Shown piece by piece: positions 26,209 to 36,156 of a stretch of 64,000 bases of DNA. Made by a program: the position numbers and the translations under genes. Source of the DNA: Iphione sp. A-MEVVRFRX5 (taxonomy: Eukaryota); assembly GCA_976226885.1 (NCBI GenBank), contig OZ320315.1, positions 75,206,001-75,270,000 on the forward strand, read 5' to 3'. The number at the start of each line of letters is the position of its first letter. Position 1 is the first letter of the stretch. The notes below the pieces were generated by a model. That model saw only the letters and a list, made by a program, of their open reading frames with translations. It did no database searches and was not told the DNA's origin.

Positions 26209-26889
26209 ATGTCGTTCGACAACTTTGTACACGTTTTCACATCAAGTCATGGACGTCAGCTTGAAGGCATCTTCAATCATTATGGTTGGGGTGTTCATGT
26301 ACACGTGTTCCCTGGCTGGAGGCTAGAGAGAATTTGTGAGTATGTGGTTCAACAAACATGGTACCCACCTCCCAGAGTGATTGTGATTTTGGCAGGGGGT
26401 AATAACTTGACCAAAAAGATTCGAATTACCACATCTGACGGACAGCGTAAGAAATACGTTGTCCCCAGGTTTGATAATTCAATCACAGCCTCTGACATGG
26501 TAATTGGTGCTGTATGGATGACCAGGAATCTCCTTCAATATAGGTTCCCTCAGACATTCATAATGTACTGTACCATATTTGCCATCGACATTGCTAAATA
26601 CAACTGGGTGTTGAACCGCTCCGATGATATTTTGTCTGCATCCAGGGAAACACAACACGTGTTGAATGATTCTGTAATACGAATAAATCAAGCAATCACT
26701 GTAATGAACAGGACATATGGGGTACCAACACCCTGGACAAGCACAATAGTCCATGACCGTAATTGTGGTGCCTGGCGTCATCGTCTGATACGATTCAATG
26801 ACGGATGTCATTTAAGATTCTATTGGAAAACAAGGTTGGTCCAGAAAATAATGGATGCTCTAGAAAGACTATACTATGGGTATCAATAA
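26209..26889 (+). CDS. SGNH/GDSL hydrolase-like (esterase/OSK-like) protein, stand-alone ORF
   Basis: Blocks in order: FTSSHGR (GDS-like), FPG, VILAGGNNL, NDGCH (DxxH); 226 aa with ATG, no stops. Confidence 0.75.
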   Translation: MSFDNFVHVFTSSHGRQLEGIFNHYGWGVHVHVFPGWRLERICEYVVQQTWYPPPRVIVILAGGNNLTKKIRITTSDGQRKKYVVPRFDNSITASDMVIGAVWMTRNLLQYRFPQTFIMYCTIFAIDIAKYNWVLNRSDDILSASRETQHVLNDSVIRINQAITVMNRTYGVPTPWTSTIVHDRNCGAWRHRLIRFNDGCHLRFYWKTRLVQKIMDALERLYYGYQ

Positions 26890-27465
26890 GGTAGAAATGC
26901 CTACCTGAAATGTCATGTCAAGTTACCGTGTTATGAGAGCATCATATAGATATACATGGTCGAGAATACGATTGTAGAGTAAATGTCTCTTTTCGGGTAC
27001 GTGGCACCTGAGAGGAGACTAACTTACAAGAGTATAGAATAACAGTCACAATAATTTGATTTTTAGTATATCAATATCACTGTTATTGTGAGTTTATGTT
27101 AAAACTATAATTGCAGTTTGAATAGTGAATACGACGTTATGTTACATGTTATAGTTATCCGTTGGAATTCTGTGACTTACTTACTAATACACTGTGTGAA
27201 GTTTAAAACGTTTGATTCACACCAATGTTCTACAAGTCTATGACATCCGATACCGGACAGTGTGGGAGTAACGCTGGGGGACTTAAAATGTATTATTTTT
27301 TTTCTTTCTGCTAGTAAAATAGCTAGTTGATTATTACCAGCCATCTTTAGTTTATTGTTATTTTTGATTTTGTTGGAATGTTTGTAATAAATTTTGAATT
27401 GTTATTAACATCATATTGCTGTGTGAGCTTATTTCAGCATGGTAGTTGTCGATGTACCCAGGTAA

Positions 27466-30294
27466 ATCGCGGACAAAGCAAGTAGCTCATATATACCGGG
27501 TCTATCTCTATACTACCTGAACATACGCAGTATAGTGGGTAAGTTCCCTGAATTTGAATTATTTATGACATCACTGAGTCCTGATTGTTTAATTATTACA
27601 GAATCGTGGTTAATGCCGAACATTCCAGACGGTATGCTATGTATTCCTGGATACAGGATAATCAGACTTGATCGAGTAACCAATAGAGGAGGCGGAATAC
27701 TGCTATATGCTCGTGAGTCGTTAGACTATGACATATACAAATATCAAGATCTTAATGTGATAAATGAATGTATTGAAATATTCTGGATAAAAATAAGAAT
27801 AAATAACCAAAGAGAGTTGGTAATTGGTGGAGTATATCGTCCGCCAAAGGGAAACATTAATGATTTTGTGGACTATTTACAATTAACATTAGAAACAATT
27901 GGAAATAAGCGGAACTTAATTTTAATTGGGGATATGAATATTGACTGGAAGGTATCCACTGCTATGAAACAGAAATTATTACATTTATGTTCTATGTTTT
28001 CCCTAAGGCAAATGATAAATTCAATTACGCGCCCGTCCGCAAGTGGTGGAACTATAATTGATTTGTGCTTCACTACAATCACTGAGAATATATACTGTAA
28101 TGCGAAATGTGTGCATCTGAGTGATCACTATATGATAGAGGTTCTCCTTCCCATAAAAAGAATAGTTCAGTTGACTAAAATTCAAAAGGAATATATTGAT
28201 TTTTCAAAAGTTGATATTTTGACACTGAACAGGAAACTGATTATGATTCACTGGGAGTCATTATATGTATTAAAATCCGTTGACGATAAATGGTCTTATT
28301 TTATAGAACAAATTTGGAAAATAATTGTAAAATTAACGAAGAAGAAAAGGATATGCACTAGACTTGAGCAACCGTCTTGGGTGACCAGTGAATTCTTAGA
28401 TTTGGTCCGTAAAAAACATAAAGCATCCAGACTCTTTAATAGAACAAAACTGCCAGAGGACAAATTATCTCTGAAATTATTAACATATAAGGTACGTAAA
28501 CTATCATACGAACTTAAACGTAAACACATTGTGAAGGAATTAGAGGCCACCACTGATAACCCATCCAAATTTTGGAGAAAACTGAAGACTTATTACGGTT
28601 ATACTAAACCTAAGATAGAGATATGCATATATGACAATGTCAACACAAAACTTGATGACAAAACAGTCAGCGAAAGATTTAACGAATTCTTCTGTAGCAT
28701 AGGTGACAGGATTGCTAAAATAGTACCAGAGACTGAATTTAAAATGAAATCAGTGACAACTTGTAAGTTTAATCTTGAACCATTCACGATGCTGGAGCTA
28801 TTTGACACGGTTATGAAACTTAAGGATGGAAAAGCAAGTATGTTACGAGGAATACCAACTAGAATTGTTAAAGAAATTCTATTGACTCTCTCGGATGAAT
28901 TTCTCTATATATTGCACGAAATATTTTCCCAAAAGAAAATACCGTTAGAGTGGCTGACCGCCGTAGTTACTCCTTTATTCAAGGCAGGTAGAGCCTCCGA
29001 CATAAGCAACTATAGACCTATCAGCCAATTACCGATTACCCTTAAGGTAATGGAAAAAATTCTATACACTAGAATGGTAACATATCTAGAAAACAATAAC
29101 CTCTTAACAAAGTCGCAATATGGCTTTAGGGCCAATAGAGGCACTGAGAATGCTATTTATGCGGTACTGCATCATATAAATAAGGCCTTAAACAACAATA
29201 ACACAGTTCTTGGATGTTTTATTGATTTCTCCAAGGCATTCGATTCAGTTAACCATGTAATCCTCTTAAAGAAATTGCAAATATTAGGATTCAATGATAT
29301 AGTGAGTTTAATGGAATTTTATCTTAAAAACAGATTACAGATCACAAAGGTTGGTAACGAGAAATCATCCCCTATGAGCATTTCATGTGGAGTGCCACAA
29401 GGGTCCATTCTTGGACCTTTATTGTTTGTAATATTTATAAATGATCTACCATCATGTGTAAGAGGCAACAACACATGTTTCCTATACGCTGATGATGTGG
29501 CTATTGTCGCAGAAGGGATCACCCCCTCGTCTGCACAATCCAATCTCCAAATAGGGATTGACTCTATATCGGCTTGGACATTGGAGAATAAGATTCTGAT
29601 AAATGGTACCAAGACTAAAATCATGACGTTTGGATATGGAAATCCGAAATTTAAAGCCAATGTCTTATTAAATGGTAAGCAGATAGAGCAAGTATACAGG
29701 TTCAAATACTTGGGTGTTCTATTTAGTAGTAACCTCCGTTGGAATGAAAATCTCAATGAAATTCTCCGACGTGGATATGCAAGATATAGACATTTAGCAA
29801 TAATCCGTAAATACTTAAATGTGAAATATGCATTATTGATTGCAAGAACCATGATCTTTCCAGTTTTAGATTACGGAAGTTATCTGTGTGTAGATCAAAA
29901 AGGGTCGAGTTTTCAAAAGATTATTACACTAAGAAGAAGAATATATGGCTTGTGTTTCTACCCAGGTCCACCGCCAACCAGAACAGAAATAGTTGATGAG
30001 GTAACAAGTGTAAGAGATTCAACAATTCTAAGAATAGGGTATGTAAATAATGTGATTTTAGAAAAGAATCTAGCTGAACCTGCAATTAGGAGGACAAGAT
30101 CAATGTCAAGGCGTAAGCTTACTAAAATATGGCCAATTAAAGAGGGTTTTAAACATAGTATTACCTACAAATTTCAAATTATATGGGATAACCTAAGTCC
30201 CTTAGAGACACATTATAATATAAAACAAATGCAATCCTTGTGGAAAAGAATTCGACGAGAAAAACGTATTAAGTGCAATTTTATGGTCCCTTGA
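27466..30294 (+). CDS. LINE ORF2p: AP endonuclease + reverse transcriptase, intact frame
   Basis: YLNIRS, TESWL, GVYRPP, GDMNID, SDHY (APE); NYRPIS, QYGFR, DFSKAFDSV, GVPQGSILGPLLF, YADD, KYLGV (RT). The frame opens at 27466, after TAA at 27463. Confidence 0.97.
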   Translation: MADKASSSYIPGLSLYYLNIRSIVGKFPEFELFMTSLSPDCLIITESWLMPNIPDGMLCIPGYRIIRLDRVTNRGGGILLYARESLDYDIYKYQDLNVINECIEIFWIKIRINNQRELVIGGVYRPPKGNINDFVDYLQLTLETIGNKRNLILIGDMNIDWKVSTAMKQKLLHLCSMFSLRQMINSITRPSASGGTIIDLCFTTITENIYCNAKCVHLSDHYMIEVLLPIKRIVQLTKIQKEYIDFSKVDILTLNRKLIMIHWESLYVLKSVDDKWSYFIEQIWKIIVKLTKKKRICTRLEQPSWVTSEFLDLVRKKHKASRLFNRTKLPEDKLSLKLLTYKVRKLSYELKRKHIVKELEATTDNPSKFWRKLKTYYGYTKPKIEICIYDNVNTKLDDKTVSERFNEFFCSIGDRIAKIVPETEFKMKSVTTCKFNLEPFTMLELFDTVMKLKDGKASMLRGIPTRIVKEILLTLSDEFLYILHEIFSQKKIPLEWLTAVVTPLFKAGRASDISNYRPISQLPITLKVMEKILYTRMVTYLENNNLLTKSQYGFRANRGTENAIYAVLHHINKALNNNNTVLGCFIDFSKAFDSVNHVILLKKLQILGFNDIVSLMEFYLKNRLQITKVGNEKSSPMSISCGVPQGSILGPLLFVIFINDLPSCVRGNNTCFLYADDVAIVAEGITPSSAQSNLQIGIDSISAWTLENKILINGTKTKIMTFGYGNPKFKANVLLNGKQIEQVYRFKYLGVLFSSNLRWNENLNEILRRGYARYRHLAIIRKYLNVKYALLIARTMIFPVLDYGSYLCVDQKGSSFQKIITLRRRIYGLCFYPGPPPTRTEIVDEVTSVRDSTILRIGYVNNVILEKNLAEPAIRRTRSMSRRKLTKIWPIKEGFKHSITYKFQIIWDNLSPLETHYNIKQMQSLWKRIRREKRIKCNFMVP

Positions 30295-33200
30295 AAAAGT
30301 AAAATATGATAGTGAAGCCTTGTATGTTTTGTTATTTGGCCGCGAAGTAACATTTATTACAGTGAGGATGTCAGCAAATATGGGTGTGGCCCATCCACTC
30401 ATCATCATCGGGAGTGTGACCCTGATGCCCAATGTATTATTGCTAAAAACCATAATGGAACACAAATTATGGTGGAGAACGAAAAGGATGACTGATTTGG
30501 GTGTGGCCCTCTTAATTAGTATTTATCAGTATGATTAACTTACAAATAAAGATTTGTAATTCAGTGTGTGACCCTGGATCGATTACAAGTGCTGAGTACC
30601 ATGTAAGGACCTACTACTACATGGTGGAGACCAGACTGCAGAAAACATAACAAGGACGTGGTCCTATATTAAATTAAATATTTATGTTAATCATATTAAA
30701 TTTAATAACACGTATATTATACTACTATGTGATATACTCGGTATTGAGGAAATAAGTAAAACCAGAAGTCACGGTGATACCCTATGCTTCGACAGTTACC
30801 TTAGAAGTTGGATTACTCTGCAATGATTGTATTATGCTCACCTTACTAACACAATTCTTTTGTATTGAAAAATTATGTTAGAGAAATGCTGACTCTGGTT
30901 ACATATACGTTTTTCTGTATGCATATTACCAGAATAAAGAACGTTTAATAATAATAATAATAAGCGTAGGGCCGATTGGAAGCGGCACGCAGTGAAGGTG
31001 CATGGCTCCGAGCGGGTGGCACACTCCACAGGCGTGGAGCTGCTCCGATTCTCGGGTTATAACCCGACATTCGGGGTGGTGCTGCCCTGCCCGCCTGAGC
31101 GGCAGGCAGAGTACAACCGCCGGAAGCGGCAGGACGAGAGGACACGGCAGCGGGACTTACTGAACTGGATTGCTCAGCGGCAGGAGCTCGGGGAGACGGA
31201 AGAGGACTCGGGGGACGACCTCTCACCTGCGGGCCCGCCTGTGCCCTGGCCCCATGGAGCCTGCACCCGCGGGCCCCGCAGACCGGGCAAACTCCCCCCC
31301 TCCCCCGAGAGGAGACTCTGCAGACCCGGAGACCCCCCCCCCGCGCCGCGGGAGGCCAATCCCTCACAGGACCCGGGCACCCCCCTGCTGGACGAGGCAC
31401 CGCTCGGGGGGGGCCCCCACACCCCGTCAGAGACACCTGAGTCGGGAACGTCGGCCCCTTCTCACACCGGCACGCCATCGGGAAGCTCCTCGTCTTCTCC
31501 CCCTCATCGGGGAGCGCCTGCCTGGACCTACGAAAGGGCCAAGCCCCAGGGCACCCCGAGCTCCTCGTGTGCCCGCACTGCGCCGTTGGTGCCCACCCCC
31601 GCCGGCATCAACCTGGAGGGAACCCCGGCGGAGCCCCACCGCTGGCAGCTGTTCCAGGGAACCACGGGAACCATCACCAGAGCGGCCGGCCTGGTCGGAT
31701 TACGAGGACGCCGCCGAGTCGTCACCCCTTGTTTCCTGGAGGCGTGTCCCTGCGAGGGCGCGCATCCTTCTGCCATCCACGGCGCCGGGGGGTGGGTCGG
31801 ATGCCGACTTCCTCCTCCGAGGAGGAGCCCCGCACCCCGGGAAAGGGCTGGTGGACCAGCCCCGTCCGCGCCCGGACACCCGGCCGCCGAGGGCCCGCGG
31901 GGCGCAGCCATACCCCGGCGAAGGTGAGCCGGACGGCAGAGGAAGAGGAAGCACAGCTGGATCGCAGGCTGGGCCCTGGCTGGGAGAGGGCGACGGAAAG
32001 TGGGCCTGTGGTGGTCCTTGAGGACTCGCCGGGGGCCTCCCCCCCGCTGGCGCGGAAGAAAGCCCACGCTACGCCCCAAGCCGAAGAACCCGATACTCTG
32101 CAGCGGGCCATGGCCGCCACCTTAGGGGAGGTAGTGTGGTTAGAGGGGGAGAGCTCAGGGCTCTCCGACACCGGAGCAGGGCCCGGGGTGACGGCACGTA
32201 CCGCCACAGCAAAGGAGGAGGAGTTGGCAACCCTGACCGCCGATTCTACGGTGGCGCGCTGGGGCTCGGATGTTCCCCCGCTGGAGGACATCTCCACTCA
32301 GGAGAACACCGAGGAGTGGTCGGAAGGACCGCCCGAGGACGAAGCAGGAGGACTGGGCAAGTCCTCACGGTCCGGGGCGGCGCCCGCCCCGCCGGGCGAG
32401 GGGGACACGGGGCCCCGACCGCTGCCAGTAGACGAGGACCTCGGCCCACATCGGCCTCCAGCAGGGCCGACCGACGAAACCGGGGGCGTTCAGACCACCC
32501 ACGCCGTTCGTGAGCCAGGGGAGCGGCCCGATGACCCACCGCATGATCGCCCACAGGAGGGGGCCCCCCCGCGGGCCGGGGGAGGCCACAGAATCGTCGG
32601 AAGAGGGCCACGGCGAACCGACAGTCTCGGGAGTCGCCACTCTCAGCCTCGTGGGGGCGACCCCCCCAACGGATGGGGCCCGGGTGTCGCCACCACCACC
32701 GCCACCAGTAGACCAGCCGGACGCTGTGGGGCCCCTACCGGTACCCCCGGAGCCCGAACGACCAGTACCAGCACCCGGCGGGGCTGGCCTAGCGAGCCGT
32801 CCCCCCCAGCCACTGGGTCGCCAACAGGAGCAGGGCGCGCTCTCCCCCGTGGCCCGAGTTAACCCCGCGGCGCCCCAAGGGAGAGGCTTGGCCGCGATGG
32901 GTAGCCCCCGAGGCACCCCTCCACGACGCCCCGGTGGGCCACGTTACGCCTACCGGTGGACCTATGAAGACGTCTCCCCCCCTGCCTCCGAGGACGAGGG
33001 AATACCTGACGCCGTGTACCATTGGGTGACCACTCTGCACGTGTCTCCACAGTCCGCCCCGCCGGTGGGGTGGCACATCGTGAGTGCCTCCAGCACCGCG
33101 GAAGTACAGCTGGCCGGCCACCACGAGGTTAAAGTACTCCTGGTGCAATCCATTCGCTTCCGGCCGTCAGGGGAGGCTCCCCCGTGTGACCTGATGAGTT

Positions 33201-33496
33201 GGCACGCCCGCCGGCCCGGGAACCTGACCCGAGGGCGGGCGTTCCGCCGGTTTACCTCCTGGGCCGACTGCCAGGAAGGGGAGGAGGTAGTGGCCGAGGT
33301 GAAGGAAACCTTCGTGGTGCGGCTACGTTAGGGAATGGTGGATGCAGACCGGACCGGACTGGAACGTGATGGATGTTGTCTTGGACTTGGTTGCGCGGAG
33401 ATAGCTGACGACCCTGGCGTGTCTGGACTTTTTCGTTGAGCGTTACGTGTTGGACTGTGTTGCCGTGTTTGAACTTTGGGGACAAAGTTGATTCTT

Positions 33497-33508
33497 GGGA
33501 GGGAGCAG
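33497..33508 (+). promoter_or_regulatory. Polypurine tract
   Basis: GGGAGGGAGCAG immediately before the 3' LTR. Confidence 0.85.
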
Positions 33509-33850
33509 TGTAGCGGTGTTATGTGGCAACGTTGCACGGTGCAAGGTTGCATTGTGCGAGGTGGCACTGTGCACTGTGCATTGATGCTTTCAGCGCGGAG
33601 TGCAGTGTTGCAGTGTCGCCTCGTGCTTTGCGCTTTGTGCTTCGTGCACCTGCGTTTGACGCATCGTGCAGCGTTGCACCATGCACCGCTGGGGGGCTCC
33701 AGCCTATAAAAGCAGGAGCTGGGGCCCTCTCAGTTCAGTTCAGGGCAGGGAGCCATACTGTGAACATCTCTCTTAGAATTGTCTCAGCAATAAAGATCCT
33801 TGGTTTACACTTCCTGGTCATGTCTTATTTGTGGAGTGGCCGACGCTACA
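33509..33850 (+). repeat. 3' LTR (342 bp)
   Basis: Identical to the 5' LTR except 3 substitutions and one block that is 13 bp longer. Confidence 0.98.
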
Positions 33851-34186
33851 CTTGTTATCATTAAAAAGCACAATTTGAATCCCCACTCGGCAGCAAGTGG
33901 AGAGTGGCGAGGTTAGCCTCGAACCCCATACCACAAACCATACTGGGACTTCCGGAGTTGCCATTGGAGCCGGCAGAGCCGAACACCGCTATCTCATGTG
34001 ACCGGCGCATCGGCTGTAACTCGGAAACTTCCTGCGGAAACCGGATGTGGTCGGTGGTGTTTGAGTCAGTCTGAACGGACCCGTTGGGTCTGGACGTAGG
34101 TGGATAGGAGTTCTAATATGGCTACGGATGTACGCAGTGGACTAAGGGTCGTGTCTAAACTTGGGTACTAATCACGACATGAATAT

Positions 34187-35667
34187 ATGAGACAAAGGCG
34201 GGCATTGGCTGTAAAAGAGGGGCCTAGGGTCATAAAATTTGAACTGTTTTGGCGGGGAGCAGAAACTGACAGCCCTGCGAAAATGGCGGATCGCGAGCCT
34301 GTTGTGGTGGGTGAGTCGTGCTTTCTGGGGAGAAATCTAGTCAAAGTGGAGACTATTTACGTGCCCAATGGATTCGACTGCCATGTATTTAAATTGCGGG
34401 ATGTTTTAACGGGTGAGCAACACACAGCGCGGCGTGAGTCGCTCAGGAAAATGGACGAAGCGACGTTCGAACTGGGTCTGGCCCTGGATATAGAGGACAA
34501 GAATGATTTCGTGCTGGAGAAAAAGGGAAGTGCGACAACAGGGGGACGATTCTACATGCCAGAGAGAACAGAAATCGACGAGATGAAAAGGGAGGTGTCT
34601 AGGAAGGGTACAGTAGACCAGACCAAGTGGGCTGTGCGCATCTTCCGTGAGTGGCTCGCTAGTGTGGGTGCCGACCTTGAATTTGAGAAATTGAATGACA
34701 ACAAGTTGGCGGAGTTACTAGAAGCTTTCTACACAGGGGTAAGAATGAAGACTTGCGAAATGTACTCAAAATCGGCCTATAAGAACATTCGATGCGGTCT
34801 GCAACGCCATTTAGTTTCTCCACCTCACTGTCGGAATGTGAACCTTATGACTGACACAGTGTTCCGGCAGGCCAATTTAGCCTATTCTGGTTACATGGCT
34901 AAACTAAGAACGACCGGGAAAGACAAAAGTGCCCATAAGCCGATGATAGAGCCTGAGGACGTGGCATTGTTGTATGAAAAAATATTCGTAGACACGCCCA
35001 TCAGACTGCAACGCAAGGTGTTTTATGACGTGTTATTCCACTTTGGGAGGCGGGGGCGTGAGGGTCTCCGCGAATTGAAGAGGGACTCAATTGAGGTAAC
35101 TAAGGATGCAGCCGGACATGAATACATAAGCATGACTTTCAATGAAGCTGAGAAGACCCGCAGTGGTCTAAAGAGTGATGAAGAGGATGTTATGAAGACA
35201 ATGTATGCCTTACCGGGAGACTGCGGCGGTGTCCGGTCGTTTCATTCAAGAAGTATGTGGCATTGTTGAATCCAAATTGCGATGCATTTTTCCAACGTCC
35301 CAAGAGGCTTTACAGTGCGAGGAGTCCATGCTGGTACGATAATATGCCACTGGGAATTAATACACTGTTCAACATGATGGCGTCGATGTCGAAGGAGGGC
35401 GGGTTGTCACGTGTGTATACCAACCATAGCATCCGAAGAACATATGTCGGGACTCTGGACCGTGCAGGATTCTCCATTGAAAAAATCCAGGCTGTAACAG
35501 GACACAAATGTCCGGACTCCCTGAAGGCATACCTTGGGGGTCCGTCTAAAACCGTTAAGAAAAGCATGTCTAATGTTCTCACCCGATATGGGAAGGAGAA
35601 CAGTGGCCATTCGATGAACGTGGTAGCTGAAAGTGTCACCGATGGGGTTGCCGCGAAGGCAAAATAA
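34187..35667 (+). pseudogene. Crypton-type (DUF3504-like) tyrosine recombinase with one frameshift
   Basis: YSKSAYKNIRCGLQRHL, FGRRGREGLR, CPV...FFQRP, WY...PLGINT, YTNHSIRRT, TGHK...SLKAY (R...H-x-x-R...H...Y). Frame shift near 35220-35230. Likely start is the ATG at 34283. Confidence 0.9.
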
Positions 35668-36156
35668 CTCAAACAGTGCAGAACACGGCAATGAACATAA
35701 AGGCGGAGGAAAATATGCTTTCTCTGTTCTCTGGCAAGATGGCGTTTGAAAATTGCACTTTTAACATTAACTATGGTAAATAAAGGTTGATCGGGGATGC
35801 TGAGCTGCTCCACGTGGTAATATTTCAAAATGGCGGAGTCGGTGGTGCGGGACGAGAGTTGGCGGAAATAATAAAAAGTTCTATATTGTTAAAAAGTATG
35901 ACAAGACAACCTGTACAAGTCGTCGCAAACAGTTAATTGCGTAGATAATTTTGTAGTTGGTTAGTGGTTGTAAGAAAGAGGCATTCGGTGATATTTCATT
36001 TTGTAGGGCTGCGGCCAATGAGAGGCGTTGTTGCATGGAGGCGAAAAATAAACATCCAAAATGGCGGACGAAACTATGTAAGTGGTTCACGCGTGTTGTC
36101 TTTTTCTAAAAATTAACAGAATAAGGGGGTGAGGATGTATGAGCTCCTATCAGAAC

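Larger units (their letters stand above)
24404..30963 (+). mobile_element. Non-LTR retrotransposon (CR1/L2 group), apparently full length, three ORFs
   Basis: Abrupt GC-to-AT switch at both ends, three uninterrupted ORFs, AATAAA at 30933, (TAA)6 tail at 30946-30963, AAGC duplicated at 24400-24403 and 30962-30965. Confidence 0.95.
24217..33331 (+). pseudogene. Gypsy ORF3: tandem C2H2 zinc-finger protein, split by the LINE (24404-30963) and frameshifted downstream
   Basis: CQVCGKEFAVLEGMYEHITAAH is a C-x2-C-x12-H-x4-H finger. Removing the LINE rejoins CPFPRCQGTAFK|RRADWKRHAVKVH in frame. It continues as 30965-31927, then through overlapping frames to a stop at 33331. The start could be 24217 or 23203. 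Confidence 0.75.
17373..33850 (+). mobile_element. Ty3/Gypsy LTR retrotransposon, full length (about 9.9 kb without the nested LINE), defective
   Basis: Two near-identical TG...CA LTRs, 4-bp TSD CTTG (17369-17372 and 33851-33854), PBS, PPT, gag, and pol in PR-RT-RH-IN order. Confidence 0.98.

Noticed and set aside
30992-33331. Envelope gene in the usual third-ORF position
   Set aside because: No signal peptide, transmembrane helix or clear furin/fusion-peptide arrangement visible.
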